Origin: Cyanophora paradoxa CCMP329
Lineage: Eukaryota > Plantae > Glaucophyta
Assembly: GCA_004431415.1 (NCBI GenBank)
Contig: QPMI01000688.1
Location: 1 to 55,416 of the forward strand
Reading direction: 5' to 3'
Length of the DNA: 55,416 nt
The notes beneath the pieces are model-generated. The model saw only the letters and a program-made list of their open reading frames with translations, did no database searches and was not told where the DNA came from. Position numbers and translations under genes: made by a program. Below are positions 30,001 through 45,000 of this stretch, one piece after another. Within the stretch, counting starts at the first letter, position 1; each line of letters starts with the position of its first letter.

Positions 30001-33000
30001 GGGAGGTGGCAGGTGCAGTCGCACGTGACGAGCTGCGCGGCGACGGTGTACTACTCGTACCTGGGGGTGGCGTCGAGCGCCACGGCGTACTCGACGGGTG
30101 CGTGGGGCCACGGCAGACACTTTTTGCGGGTCTGGGATGGAGGCTGACGCGGGGCGTGGGGCGCAGTGCACGCAAAGACGGTGGAGAACGTGACGGTGGG
30201 ACGCCGATCCCGCAGTCGACGACGTCGGTGACGGTGCCCGTGAGCTGGGCGCTCTCGGCGGTGGGGTACAGCGGGGACAACGTGGCGCCGACGTACGGGC
30301 CGCTGGAGGTGAGCTGCTCCGGGGCCGGCGTGACGCGGACGGGCTCCCTGGCGAGCGGCACGATCACGGCTGGGGCGACGAGCGCCACGTGACCGTCTTG
30401 GGCTCCCCGAGATGGGCGCGTCGTACACGATCACGTGCAGCGGGGCCAATCTGACGGCGTACGCGGGACCGTGACGGGCGCGGCGCCTGACTTCACACCG
30501 GGCGCCGCGTCAAGCACGATGAGCACGAACTCGTCGACGGCAGCATCGCTGTTCGGTGCGCGGGGGCGGGGCGCGGGTGGAGCCGCGGGCGGCCGCGTCG
30601 CGCTGGGCCCTGACGCCTGCTCGCAGCCAAGTCGGTGGGGCCGCCGTCGGTGACGGTCTCGTCGAGCGGGGCGGACGCTGTTTTGGCGGCGGTGTCCTGG
30701 AATACGACGGGGGCGTCGGGCACGGAGCCGGCGTACGCGAACGTGACCGTGAGCTGCTCGAGCAACGGCGTGGCGGACTCGGCCTCGAACGCGACAGTGG
30801 CCTCGGAGACGGGGACGGGCTCGGCCACGGTGCTGGTCAGCGCGGGCTCCGGGAGGTGGCAGGTGCAGTCGCACGTGACGAGCTGCGCGGCGACGGTGTA
30901 CTACTCGTACCTGGGGGTGGCGTCGAGCGCCACGGCGTACTCGACGGGTGCGTGGGCCACGGCAGACACTTTTTGCGGGTCCTGGGATGGAGGCTGACGC
31001 GGGCGTGGGGCGCAGTGCACGCAAAGACGGTGGAGAACGTGACGGTGGGGACGCCGATCCCGCAGTCGACGACGTCGGTGACGGTGCCCGTGAGCTGGGC
31101 GCTCTCGGCGGTGGGTACAGCGGGGACAACGTGGCGCCGACGTACGGGCCGCTGGAGGTGAGCTGCTCCGGGGCCGGCGTGACGCGGACGGGCTCCCTGG
31201 CGAGCGGCACGATCACGGCTGGGGCGACGAGCGCCAACGTGACCGTCTTGGGGCTCCCCGAGATGGGCGCGTCGTACACGATCACGTGCAGCGGGGCCAA
31301 TCTGACGGCGTACGCGGGGACCGTGACGGGCGCGGCGCCTGACTTCACACCGGCGCCGCGTCAAGCACGATGAGCACGAACTCGTCGACGGCAGCATCGC
31401 TGTTCGGTGCGCGGGGCGGGGCGCGGGTGGAGCCGCGGGCGGCCGCGTCGCGCTGGGCCCTGACGCCTGCTCGCAGCCAAGTCGGTGGGGCCGCCGTCGG
31501 TGACGGTCTCGTCGAGCGGGCGGACGCTGTTTTGGCGGCGGTGTCCTGGAATACGACGGGGCGTCGGGCACGGAGCCGGCGTACGCGAACGTGACCGTGA
31601 GCTGCTCGAGCAACGGCGTGGCGGACTCGGCCTCGAACGCGACAGTGGCCTCGGAGACGGGGACGGGCTCGGCCACGGTGCTGGTCAGCGCGGGCTCCGG
31701 GAGGTGGCAGGTGCAGTCGCACGTGACGAGCTGCGCGGCGACGGTGTACTACTCGTACCTGGGGTGGCGTCGAGCGCCACGGCGTACTCGACGGGTGCGT
31801 GGGCCACGGCAGACACTTTTTCGCGGTCCTGGGATGGAGGCTGACGCGGGGCGTGGGGCGCAGTGCACGCAAAGACGGTGGAGAACGTGACGGTGGGGAC
31901 GCCGATCCCGCAGTCGACGACGTCGGTGACGGTGCCGTGAGCTGGGCGCTCTCGGCGGTGGGGTACAGCGGGGACAACGTGGCGCCGACGTACGGGCCGC
32001 TGGAGGTGAGCTGCTCCGGGCCGGCGTGACGCGGACGGGCTCCTGGCGAGCGGCACGATCACGGCTGGGGCGACGAGCGCCAACGTGACCGTCTTGGGGC
32101 TCCCCGAGATGGGCGCGTCGTACACGATCACGTGCAGCGGGCCAATCTGACGGCGTACGCGGGGACCGTGACGGGCGCGGCGCCTGACTTCACACCGGGC
32201 GCCGCGTCAAGCACGATGAGCACGAACTCGTCGACGGCAGCATCGCTGTTCGGTGCGCGGGGGCGGGGCGCGGGGTGAGCCGCGGGGCGCCGCGTCGCGC
32301 TGGGCCCTGACGCCTGCTCGCAGCCAAGTCGGTGGGGCCGCCGTCGGTGACGGTCTCGTCGAGCGGGGCGGACGCTGTTTTGGCGGCGGTGTCCTGGAAT
32401 ACGACGGGGGCGTCGGGCACGGAGCCGGCGTACGCGAACGTGACCGTGAGCTGCTCGAGCAACGGCGTGGCGGACTCGGCCTCGAACGCGACAGTGGCCT
32501 CGGAGACGGGGACGGGCTCGGCCACGGTGCTGGTCAGCGCGGGCTCCGGGAGGTGGCAGGTGCAGTCGCACGTGACGAGCTGCGCGGCGACGGTGTACTA
32601 CTCGTACCTGGGGTGGCGTCGAGCGCCACGGCGTACTCGACGGGTGCGTGGGGCCACGGCAGACACTTTTTCGCGGGTCTGGGATGGAGGCTGACGCGGG
32701 GCGTGGGGCGCAGTGCACGCAAAGACGGTGGAGAACGTGACGGTGGGGACGCCGATCCCGCAGTCGACGACGTCGGTGACGGTGCCCGTGAGCTGGGCGC
32801 TCTCGGCGGTGGGGTACAGCGGGACAACGTGGCGCCGACGTACGGGCCGCTGGAGGTGAGCTGCTCCGGGGCCGGCGTGACGCGGACGGGCTCCCTGGCG
32901 AGCGGCACGATCACGGCTGGGGCGACGAGCGCCAACGTGACCGTCTTGGGGCTCCCCGAGATGGGCGCGTCGTACACGATCACGTGCAGCGGGGCCAATC

Positions 33001-36000
33001 TGACGGCGTACGCGGGGACCGTGACGGGCGCGGCGCCTGACTTCACACCGGGCGCCGCGTCAAGCACGATGAGCACGAACTCGTCGACGGCAGCATCGCT
33101 GTTCGGTGCGCGGGGGCGGGGCGCGGGTGGAGCCGCGGGCGGCCGCGTCGCGCTGGGCCTGACGCCTGCTCGCAGCCAAGTCGGTGGGGCCGCCGTCGGT
33201 GACGGTCTCGTCGAGCGGGGCGGACGCTGTTTTGGCGGCGGTGTCCTGGAATACGACGGGGGCGTCGGGCACGGAGCCGGCGTACGCGAACGTGACCGTG
33301 AGCTGCTCGAGCAACGGCGTGGCGGACTCGGCCTCGAACGCGACAGTGGCCTCGGAGACGGGGACGGGCTCGGCCACGGTGCTGGTCAGCGCGGGCTCCG
33401 GGAGTGGCAGGTGCAGTCGCACGTGACGAGCTGCGCGGCGACGGTGTACTACTCGTACCTGGGGTGGCGTCGAGCGCCACGGCGTACTCGACGGGTGCGT
33501 GGGGCACGGCAGACACTTTTTCGCGGGTCCTGGGATGGAGGCTGACGCGGGGCGTGGGCGCAGTGCACGCAAAGACGGTGGAGAACGTGACGGTGGGGAC
33601 GCCGATCCGCAGTCGACGACGTCGGTGACGGTGCCCGTGAGCTGGGCGCTCTCGGCGGTGGGTACAGCGGGGACAACGTGGCGCCGACGTACGGGCCGCT
33701 GGAGGTGAGCTGCTCCGGGGCCGGCGTGACGCGGACGGGCTCCCTGGCGAGCGGCACGATCACGGCTGGGGCGACGAGCGCCAACGTGACCGTCTTGGGG
33801 CTCCCGAGATGGGCGCGTCGTACACGATCACGTGCAGCGGGGCCAATCTGACGGCGTACGCGGGGACCGTGACGGGCGCGGCGCCTGACTTCACACCGGG
33901 CGCCGCGTCAAGCACGATGAGCACGAACTCGTCGACGGCAGCATCGCTGTTCGGTGCGCGGGGGCGGGGCGCGGGTGGAGCCGCGGGGCGGCCGCGTCGC
34001 GCTGGGCCTGACGCCTGCTCGCAGCCAAGTCGGTGGGGCCGCCGTCGGTGACGGTCTCGTCGAGCGGGGCGGACGCTGTTTTGGCGGCGGTGTCCTGGAA
34101 TACGACGGGGGCTCGGGCACGGAGCCGGCGTACGCGAACGTGACCGTGAGCTGCTCGAGCAACGGCGTGGCGGACTCGGCCTCGAACGCGACAGTGGCCT
34201 CGGAGACGGGGACGGGCTCGGCCACGGTGCTGGTCAGCGCGGGCTCCGGGAGGTGGCAGGTGCAGTCGCACGTGACGAGCTGCGCGGCGACGGTGTACTA
34301 CTCGTACCTGGGGGTGGCGTCGAGCGCCACGGCGTACTCGACGGGTGCGTGGGGCCACGGCAGACACTTTTTGCGGGTCCTGGGATGGAGGCTGACGCGG
34401 GGCGTGGGGCGCAGTGCACGCAAAGACGGTGGAGAACGTGACGGTGGGGACGCCGATCCCGCAGTCGACGACGTCGGTGACGGTGCCCGTGAGCTGGGCG
34501 CTCTCGGCGGTGGGGTACAGCGGGGACAACGTGGCGCCGACGTACGGGCCGCTGGAGGTGAGCTGCTCCGGGGCCGGCGTGACGCGGACGGGCTCCCTGG
34601 CGAGCGGCACGATCACGGCTGGGGCGACGAGCGCCAACGTGACCGTCTTGGGCTCCCCGAGATGGGCGCGTCGTACACGATCACGTGCAGCGGGGCCAAT
34701 CTGACGGCGTACGCGGGGACCGTGACGGGCGCGGCGCCTGACTTCACACCGGGCGCCGCGTCAAGCACGATGAGCACGAACTCGTCGACGGCAGCATCGC
34801 TGTTCGGTGCGCGGGGGCGGGGCGCGGGGTGGAGCCGCGGGGCGGCCGCGTCGCGCTGGGCCCTGACGCCTGCTCGCAGCCAAGTCGGTGGGGCCGCCGT
34901 CGGTGACGGTCTCGTCGAGCGGGGCGGACGCTGTTTTGGCGGCGGTGTCCTGGAATACGACGGGGGCGTCGGGCACGGAGCCGGCGTACGCGAACGTGAC
35001 CGTGAGCTGCTCGAGCAACGGCGTGGCGGACTCGGCCTCGAACGCGACAGTGGCCTCGGAGACGGGGACGGGCTCGGCCACGGTGCTGGTCAGCGCGGGC
35101 TCCGGGAGGTGGCAGGTGCAGTCGCACGTGACGAGCTGCGCGGCGACGGTGTACTACTCGTACCTGGGGGTGGCGTCGAGCGCCACGGCGTACTCGACGG
35201 GTGCGTGGGGCCACGGCAGACACTTTTTCGCGGGTCCTGGGATGGAGGCTGACGCGGGGCGTGGGGCGCAGTGCACGCAAAGACGGTGGAGAACGTGACG
35301 GTGGGGACGCCGATCCCGCAGTCGACGACGTCGGTGACGGTGCCCGTGAGCTGGGCGCTCTCGGCGGTGGGGTACAGCGGGGACAACGTGGCGCCGACGT
35401 ACGGGCCGCTGGAGGTGAGCTGCTCCGGGCCGGCGTGACGCGGACGGGCTCCCTGGCGAGCGGCACGATCACGGCTGGGGCGACGAGCGCCAACGTGACC
35501 GTCTTGGGGCTCCCGAGATGGGCGCGTCGTACACGATCACGTGCAGCGGGGCCAATCTGACGGCGTACGCGGGGACCGTGACGGGCGCGGCGCCTGACTT
35601 CACACCGGGCGCCGCGTCAAGCACGATGAGCACGAACTCGTCGACGGCAGCATCGCTGTTCGGTGCGCGGGGGCGGGGCGCGGGGTGGAGCCGCGGGGCG
35701 GCCGCGTCGCGCTGGGCCTGACGCCTGCTCGCAGCCAAGTCGGTGGGGCCGCCGTCGGTGACGGTCTCGTCGAGCGGGGCGGACGCTGTTTTGGCGGCGG
35801 TGTCCTGGAATACGACGGGGGCGTCGGGCACGGAGCCGGCGTACGCGAACGTGACCGTGAGCTGCTCGAGCAACGGCGTGGCGGACTCGGCCTCGAACGC
35901 GACAGTGGCCTCGGAGACGGGACGGGCTCGGCCACGGTGCTGGTCAGCGCGGGCTCCGGGAGGTGGCAGGTGCAGTCGCACGTGACGAGCTGCGCGGCGA

Positions 36001-39000
36001 CGGTGTACTACTCGTACCTGGGGGTGGCGTCGAGCGCCACGGCGTACTCGACGGGTGCGTGGGGCCACGGCAGACACTTTTTCGCGGGTCCTGGGATGGA
36101 GGCTGACGCGGGGCGTGGGGCGCAGTGCACGCAAAGACGGTGGAGAACGTGACGGTGGGGACGCCGATCCCGCAGTCGACGACGTCGGTGACGGTGCCCG
36201 TGAGCTGGGCGCTCTCGGCGGTGGGGTACAGCGGGGACAACGTGGCGCCGACGTACGGGCCGCTGGAGGTGAGCTGCTCCGGGGCCGGCGTGACGCGGAC
36301 GGGCTCCCTGGCGAGCGGCACGATCACGGCTGGGGCGACGAGCGCCAACGTGACCGTCTTGGGGCTCCCCGAGATGGGCGCGTCGTACACGATCACGTGC
36401 AGCGGGGCCAATCTGACGGCGTACGCGGGGACCGTGACGGGCGCGGCGCCTGACTTCACACCGGGCGCCGCGTCAAGCACGATGAGCACGAACTCGTCGA
36501 CGGCAGCATCGCTGTTCGGTGCGCGGGGGCGGGGCGCGGGGTGGAGCCGCGGGGCGGCCGCGTCGCGCTGGGCCCTGACGCCTGCTCGCAGCCAAGTCGG
36601 TGGGGCCGCCGTCGGTGACGGTCTCGTCGAGCGGGCGGACGCTGTTTTGGCGGCGGTGTCCTGGAATACGACGGGGGCGTCGGGCACGGAGCCGGCGTAC
36701 GCGAACGTGACCGTGAGCTGCTCGAGCAACGGCGTGGCGGACTCGGCCTCGAACGCGACAGTGGCCTCGGAGACGGGGACGGGCTCGGCCACGGTGCTGG
36801 TCAGCGCGGGCTCCGGGAGGTGGCAGGTGCAGTCGCACGTGACGAGCTGCGCGGCGACGGTGTACTACTCGTACCTGGGGGTGGCGTCGAGCGCCACGGC
36901 GTACTCGACGGGTGCGTGGGCCACGGCAGACACTTTTTCGCGGGTCCTGGGATGGAGGCTGACGCGGGGCGTGGGGCGCAGTGCACGCAAAGACGGTGGA
37001 GAACGTGACGGTGGGACGCCGATCCCGCAGTCGACGACGTCGGTGACGGTGCCCGTGAGCTGGGCGCTCTCGGCGGTGGGGTACAGCGGGGACAACGTGG
37101 CGCCGACGTACGGGCCGCTGGAGGTGAGCTGCTCCGGGGCCGGCGTGACGCGGACGGGCTCCCTGGCGAGCGGCACGATCACGGCTGGGGCGACGAGCGC
37201 CAACGTGACCGTCTTGGGGCTCCCCGAGATGGGCGCGTCGTACACGATCACGTGCAGCGGGGCCAATCTGACGGCGTACGCGGGGACCGTGACGGGCGCG
37301 GCGCCTGACTTCACACCGGGCGCCGCGTCAAGCACGATGAGCACGAACTCGTCGACGGCAGCATCGCTGTTCGGTGCGCGGGGGCGGGGCGCGGGGTGGA
37401 GCCGCGGGGCGGCCGCGTCGCGCTGGGCCCTGACGCCTGCTCGCAGCCAAGTCGGTGGGGCCGCCGTCGGTGACGGTCTCGTCGAGCGGGGCGGACGCTG
37501 TTTTGGCGGCGGTGTCCTGGAATACGACGGGGGCTCCGGGCACGGAGCCGGCGTACGCGAACGTGACCGTGAGCTGCTCGAGCAACGGCGTGGCGGACTC
37601 GGCCTCGAACGCGACAGTGGCCTCGGAGACGGGGACGGGCTCGGCCACGGTGCTGGTCAGCGCGGGCTCCGGGAGGTGGCAGTGCAGTCGCACGTGACGA
37701 GCTGCGCGGCGACGGTGTACTACTCGTACCTGGGGGTGGCGTCGAGCGCCACGGCGTACTCGACGGGTGCGTGGGGCCACGGCAGACACTTTTTCGCGGG
37801 TCCTGGGATGGAGGCTGACGCGGGGCGTGGGGCGCAGTGCACGCAAAGACGGTGGAGAACGTGACGGTGGGGACGCCGATCCCGCAGTCGACGACGTCGG
37901 TGACGGTGCCCGTGAGCTGGGCGCTCTCGGCGGTGGGGTACAGCGGGGACAACGTGGCGCCGACGTACGGGCCGCTGGAGGTGAGCTGCTCCGGGGCCGG
38001 CGTGACGCGGACGGGCTCCCTGGCGAGCGGCACGATCACGGCTGGGGCGACGAGCGCCAACGTGACCGTCTTGGGGCTCCCCGAGATGGCGCGTCGTACA
38101 CGATCACGTGCAGCGGGGCCAATCTGACGGCGTACGCGGGGACCGTGACGGGCGCGGCGCCTGACTTCACACCGGGCGCCGCGTCAAGCACGATGAGCAC
38201 GAACTCGTCGACGGCAGCATCGCTGTTCGGTGCGCGGGGCGGGCGCGGGGTGGAGCCGCGGGCGGCCGCGTCGCGCTGGGCCCTGACGCCTGCTCGCAGC
38301 CAAGTCGGTGGGGCCGCCGTCGGTGACGGTCTCGTCGAGCGGGGCGGACGCTGTTTTGGCGCGGTGTCCTGGAATACGACGGGGGCGTCGGGCACGGAGC
38401 CGGCGTACGCGAACGTGACCGTGAGCTGCTCGAGCAACGGCGTGGCGGACTCGGCCTCGAACGCGACAGTGGCCTCGGAGACGGGACGGGCTCGGCCACG
38501 GTGCTGGTCAGCGCGGGCTCCGGGAGGTGGCAGGTGCAGTCGCACGTGACGAGCTGCGCGGCGACGGTGTACTACTCGTACCTGGGGGTGGCGTCGAGCG
38601 CCACGGCGTACTCGACGGGTGCGTGGGGCCACGGCAGACACTTTTTGCGGGTCCTGGGATGGAGGCTGACGCGGGGCGTGGGGCGCAGTGCACGCAAAGA
38701 CGGTGGAGAACGTGACGGTGGGGACGCCGATCCCGCAGTCGACGACGTCGGTGACGGTGCCCGTGAGCTGGGCGCTCTCGGCGGTGGGGTACAGCGGGGA
38801 CAACGTGGCGCCGACGTACGGGCCGCTGGAGGTGAGCTGCTCCGGGGCCGGCGTGACGCGGACGGGCTCCCTGGCGAGCGGCACGATCACGGCTGGGGCG
38901 ACGAGCGCCAACGTGACCGTCTTGGGGCTCCCCGAGATGGGCGCGTCGTACACGATCACGTGCAGCGGGCCAATCTGACGGCGTACGCGGGGACCGTGAC

Positions 39001-42000
39001 GGGCGCGGCGCCTGACTTCACACCGGGCGCCGCGTCAAGCACGATGAGCACGAACTCGTCGACGGCAGCATCGCTGTTCGGTGCGCGGGGGCGGGGCGCG
39101 GGTGGAGCCGCGGGGCGGCCGCGTCGCGCTGGGCCCTGACGCCTGCTCGCAGCCAAGTCGGTGGGGCCGCCGTCGGTGACGGTCTCGTCGAGCGGGGCGG
39201 ACGCTGTTTTGGCGGCGGTGTCCTGGAATACGACGGGGGCGTCGGGCACGGAGCCGGCGTACGCGAACGTGACCGTGAGCTGCTCGAGCAACGGCGTGGC
39301 GGACTCGGCCTCGAACGCGACAGTGGCCTCGGAGACGGGGACGGGCTCGGCCACGGTGCTGGTCAGCGCGGGCTCCGGGAGGTGGCAGGTGCAGTCGCAC
39401 GTGACGAGCTGCGCGGCGACGGTGTACTACTCGTACCTGGGGGTGGCGTCGAGCGCCACGGCGTACTCGACGGGTGCGTGGGGCCACGGCAGACACTTTT
39501 TCGCGGGTCCTGGGATGGAGGCTGACGCGGGGCGTGGGGCGCAGTGCACGCAAAGACGGTGGAGAACGTGACGGTGGGGACGCCGATCCCGCAGTCGACG
39601 ACGTCGGTGACGGTGCCCGTGAGCTGGGCGCTCTCGGCGGTGGGGTACAGCGGGACAACGTGGCGCCGACGTACGGGCCGCTGGAGGTGAGCTGCTCCGG
39701 GGCCGGCGTGACGCGGACGGGCTCCCTGGCGAGCGCACGATCACGGCTGGGCGACGAGCGCCAACGTGACCGTCTTGGGCTCCCCGAGATGGGCGCGTCG
39801 TACACGATCACGTGCAGCGGGGCCAATCTGACGGCGTACGCGGGGACCGTGACGGGCGCGGCGCCTGACTTCACACCGGGCGCCGCGTCAAGCACGATGA
39901 GCACGAACTCGTCGACGGCAGCATCGCTGTTCGGTGCGCGGGGCGGGGCGCGGGGTGGAGCCGCGGGGCGGCCGCGTCGCGCTGGGCCCTGACGCCTGCT
40001 CGCAGCCAAGTCGGTGGGGCCGCGTCGGTGACGGTCTCGTCGAGCGGGGCGGACGCTGTTTTGGCGGCGGTGTCCTGGAATACGACGGGGGCGTCGGGCA
40101 CGGAGCCGGCGTACGCGAACGTGACCGTGAGCTGCTCGAGCAACGGCGTGGCGGACTCGGCCTCGAACGCGACAGTGGCCTCGGAGACGGGACGGGCTCG
40201 GCCACGGTGCTGGTCAGCGCGGGCTCCGGGAGGTGGCAGGTGCAGTCGCACGTGACGAGCTGCGCGGCGACGGTGTACTACTCGTACCTGGGGGTGGCGT
40301 CGAGCGCCACGGCGTACTCGACGGGTGCGTGGGGCCACGGCAGACACTTTTTCGCGGGTCCTGGGATGGAGGCTGACGCGGGGCGTGGGGCGCAGTGCAC
40401 GCAAAGACGGTGGAGAACGTGACGGTGGGGACGCCGATCCCGCAGTCGACGACGTCGGTGACGGTGCCCGTGAGCTGGGCGCTCTCGGCGGTGGGGTACA
40501 GCGGGGACAACGTGGCGCCGACGTACGGGCCGCTGGAGGTGAGCTGCTCCGGGGCCGGCGTGACGCGGACGGGCTCCCTGGCGAGCGGCACGATCACGGC
40601 TGGGGCGACGAGCGCCAACGTGACCGTCTTGGGGCTCCCCGAGATGGGCGCGTCGTACACGATCACGTGCAGCGGGGCCAATCTGACGGCGTACGCGGGG
40701 ACCGTGACGGGCGCGGCGCTGACTTCACACCGGGCGCCGCGTCAAGCACGATGAGCACGAACTCGTCGACGGCAGCATCGCTGTTCGGTGCGCGGGGGCG
40801 GGGCGCGGGGTGGAGCCGCGGGGCGGCCGCGTCGCGCTGGGCCCTGACGCCTGCTCGCAGCCAAGTCGGTGGGGCCGCCGTCGGTGACGGTCTCGTCGAG
40901 CGGGGCGGACGCTGTTTTGGCGGCGGTGTCCTGGAATACGACGGGGGCGTCGGGCACGGAGCCGGCGTACGCGAACGTGACCGTGAGCTGCTCGAGCAAC
41001 GGCGTGGCGGACTCGGCCTCGAACGCGACAGTGGCCTCGGAGACGGGGACGGGCTCGGCCACGGTGCTGGTCAGCGCGGGCTCCGGGAGGTGGCAGGTGC
41101 AGTCGCACGTGACGAGCTGCGCGGCGACGGTGTACTACTCGTACCTGGGGGTGGCGTCGAGCGCCACGGCGTACTCGACGGGTGCGTGGGGCCACGGCAG
41201 ACACTTTTTCGCGGGTCCTGGGATGGAGGCTGACGCGGGGCGTGGGGCGCAGTGCACGCAAAGACGGTGGAGAACGTGACGGTGGGGACGCCGATCCGCA
41301 GTCGACGACGTCGGTGACGGTGCCCGTGAGCTGGGCGCTCTCGGCGGTGGGGTACAGCGGGGACAACGTGGCGCCGACGTACGGGCCGCTGGAGGTGAGC
41401 TGCTCCGGGGCCGGCGTGACGCGGACGGGCTCCCTGGCGAGCGGCACGATCACGGCTGGGCGACGAGCGCCAACGTGACCGTCTTGGGGCTCCCCGAGAT
41501 GGGCGCGTCGTACACGATCACGTGCAGCGGGGCCAATCTGACGGCGTACGCGGGACCGTGACGGGCGCGGCGCCTGACTTCACACCGGGCGCCGCGTCAA
41601 GCACGATGAGCACGAACTCGTCGACGGCAGCATCGCTGTTCGGTGCGCGGGGCGGGGCGGGGTGGAGCCGCGGGGCGGCCGCGTCGCGCTGGCCCTGACG
41701 CCTGCTCGCAGCCAAGTCGGTGGGGCCGCCGTCGGTGACGGTCTCGTCGAGCGGGCGGACGCTGTTTTGGCGGCGGTGTCCTGGAATACGACGGGGCGTC
41801 GGGCACGGAGCCGGCGTACGCGAACGTGACCGTGAGCTGCTCGAGCAACGGCGTGGCGGACTCGGCCTCGAACGCGACAGTGGCCTCGGAGACGGGGACG
41901 GGCTCGGCCACGGTGCTGGTCAGCGCGGGCTCCGGGAGGTGGCAGGTGCAGTCGCACGTGACGAGCTGCGCGGCGACGGTGTACTACTCGTACCTGGGGG

Positions 42001-45000
42001 TGGCGTCGAGCGCCACGGCGTACTCGACGGGTGCGTGGGGCCACGGCAGACACTTTTTCGCGGGTCCTGGGATGGAGGCTGACGCGGGGCGTGGGGCGCA
42101 GTGCACGCAAAGACGGTGGAGAACGTGACGGTGGGGACGCCGATCCCGCAGTCGACGACGTCGGTGACGGTGCCCGTGAGCTGGGCGCTCTCGGCGGTGG
42201 GTACAGCGGGGACACCGTGGCGCCGACGTACGGGCCGCTGGAGGTGAGCTGCTCCGGGGCCGGCGTGACGCGGACGGGCTCCCTGGCGAGCGGCACGATC
42301 ACGGCTGGGGCGACGAGCGCCAACGTGACCGTCTTGGGCTCCCCGAGATGGGCGCGTCGTACACGATCACGTGCAGCGGGGCCAATCTGACGGCGTACGC
42401 GGGACCGTGACGGGCGCGGCGCCTGACTTCACACCGGGCGCCGCGTCAAGCACGATGAGCACGAACTCGTCGACGGCAGCATCGCTGTTCGGTGCGCGGG
42501 GGCGGGCGCGGGGTGGAGCCGCGGGGCGGCCGCGTCGCGCTGGGCCCTGACGCCTGCTCGCAGCCAAGTCGGTGGGGCCGCCGTCGGTGACGGTCTCGTC
42601 GAGCGGGGCGGACGCTGTTTTGGCGCGGTGTCCTGGAATACGACGGGGGCGTCGGGCACGGAGCCGGCGTACGCGAACGTGACCGTGAGCTGCTCGAGCA
42701 ACGGCGTGGCGGACTCGGCCTCGAACGCGACAGTGGCCTCGGAGACGGGGACGGGCTCGGCCACGGTGCTGGTCAGCGCGGGCTCCGGAGGTGGCAGGTG
42801 CAGTCGCACGTGACGAGCTGCGCGGCGACGGTGTACTACTCGTACCTGGGGGTGGCGTCGAGCGCCACGGCGTACTCGACGGGTGCGTGGGGCCACGGCA
42901 GACACTTTTTCGCGGGTCCTGGGATGGAGGCTGACGCGGGGCGTGGGGCGCAGTGCACGCAAAGACGGTGGAGAACGTGACGGTGGGACGCCGATCCCGC
43001 AGTCGACGACGTCGGTGACGGTGCCCGTGAGCTGGGCGCTCTCGGCGGTGGGGTACAGCGGGGACAACGTGGCGCCGACGTACGGGCCGCTGGAGGTGAG
43101 CTGCTCCGGGGCCGGCGTGACGCGGACGGGCTCCCTGGCGAGCGGCACGATCACGGCTGGGGCGACGAGCGCCAACGTGACCGTCTTGGGGCTCCCGAGA
43201 TGGGCGCGTCGTACACGATCACGTGCAGCGGGGCCAATCTGACGGCGTACGCGGGACCGTGACGGGGCGGCGCCTGACTTCACACCGGGCGCCGCGTCAA
43301 GCACGAGAGCACGAACTCGTCGACGGCAGCATCGCTGTTCGGTGCGCGGGGGCGGGGCGCGGGTGGAGCCGCGGGGCGGCCGCGTCGCGCTGGGCCCTGA
43401 CGCCTGCTCGCAGCCAAGTCGGTGGGCCGCCGTCGGTGACGTCTCGTCGAGCGGGGCGGACGCTGTTTGGCGGCGGTGTCCTGGAATACGACGGGGGCTC
43501 GGGCACGGAGCCGGCGTACGCGAACGTGACCGTGAGCTGCTCGAGCAACGGCGTGGCGGACTCGGCCTCGAACGCGACAGTGGCCTCGGAGACGGGGACG
43601 GGCTCGGCCACGGTGCTGGTCAGCGCGGGCTCCGGGAGGTGGCAGGTGCAGTCGCACGTGACGAGCTGCGCGCGACGGTGTACTACTCGTACCTGGGGGT
43701 GGCGTCGAGCGCCACGGCGTACTCGACGGGTGCGTGGGCCACGGCAGACACTTTTTCGCGGGTCCTGGATGGAGGCTGACGCGGGCGTGGGGCGCAGTGC
43801 ACGCAAAGACGGTGGAGAACGTGACGGTGGGGACGCCGATCCGCAGTCGACGACGTCGGTGACGGTGCCCGTGAGCTGGGCGCTCTCGGCGGTGGGTACA
43901 GCGGGGACACGTGGCGCCGACGTACGGGCCGCTGGAGGTGAGCTGCTCCGGGGCCGGCGTGACGCGGACGGGCTCCCTGGCGAGCGGCACGATCACGGCT
44001 GGGGCGACGAGCGCCAACGTGACCGTCTTGGGGCTCCCCGAGATGGGCGCGTCGTACACGATCACGTGCAGCGGGGCCAATCTGACGGCGTACGCGGGGA
44101 CCGTGACGGGCGCGGCGCCTGACTTCACACCGGGCGCCGCGTCAAGCACGATGAGCACGAACTCGTCGACGGCAGCATCGCTGTTCGGTGCGCGGGGCGG
44201 GGCGCGGGTGGAGCCGCGGGCGGCCGCGTCGCGCTGGCCCTGACGCCTGCTCGCAGCAAGTCGGTGGGGCCGCCGTCGGTGACGGTCTCGTCGAGCGGGG
44301 CGGACGCTGTTTTGGCGGCGGTGTCCTGGAATACGACGGGGGCTCGGGCACGGAGCCGGCGTACGCGAACGTGACCGTGAGCTGCTCGAGCAACGGCGTG
44401 GCGGACTCGGCCTCGAACGCGACAGTGGCCTCGGAGACGGGGACGGGCTCGGCCACGGTGCTGGTCAGCGCGGGCTCCGGGAGGTGGCAGGTGCAGTCGC
44501 ACGTGACGAGCTGCGCGGCGACGGTGTACTACTCGTACCTGGGGTGGCGTCGAGCGCCACGGCGTACTCGACGGGTGCGTGGGGCCACGGCAGACACTTT
44601 TTCGCGGGTCCTGGATGGAGGCTGACGCGGGGCGTGGGGCGCAGTGCACGCAAAGACGGTGGAGAACGTGACGGTGGGGACGCCGATCCCGCAGTCGACG
44701 ACGTCGGTGACGGTGCCCGTGAGCTGGGCGCTCTCGGCGGTGGGGTACAGCGGGGACACGTGGCGCCGACGTACGGGCCGCTGGAGGTGAGCTGCTCCGG
44801 GGCCGGCGTGACGCGGACGGGCTCCCTGGCGAGCGGCACGATCACGGCTGGGGCGACGAGCGCCAACGTGACCGTCTTGGGGCTCCCCGAGATGGGCGCG
44901 TCGTACACGATCACGTGCAGCGGGGCCAATCTGACGGCGTACGCGGGGACCGTGACGGGCGCGGCGCCTGACTTCACACGGGCGCCGCGTCAAGCACGAG

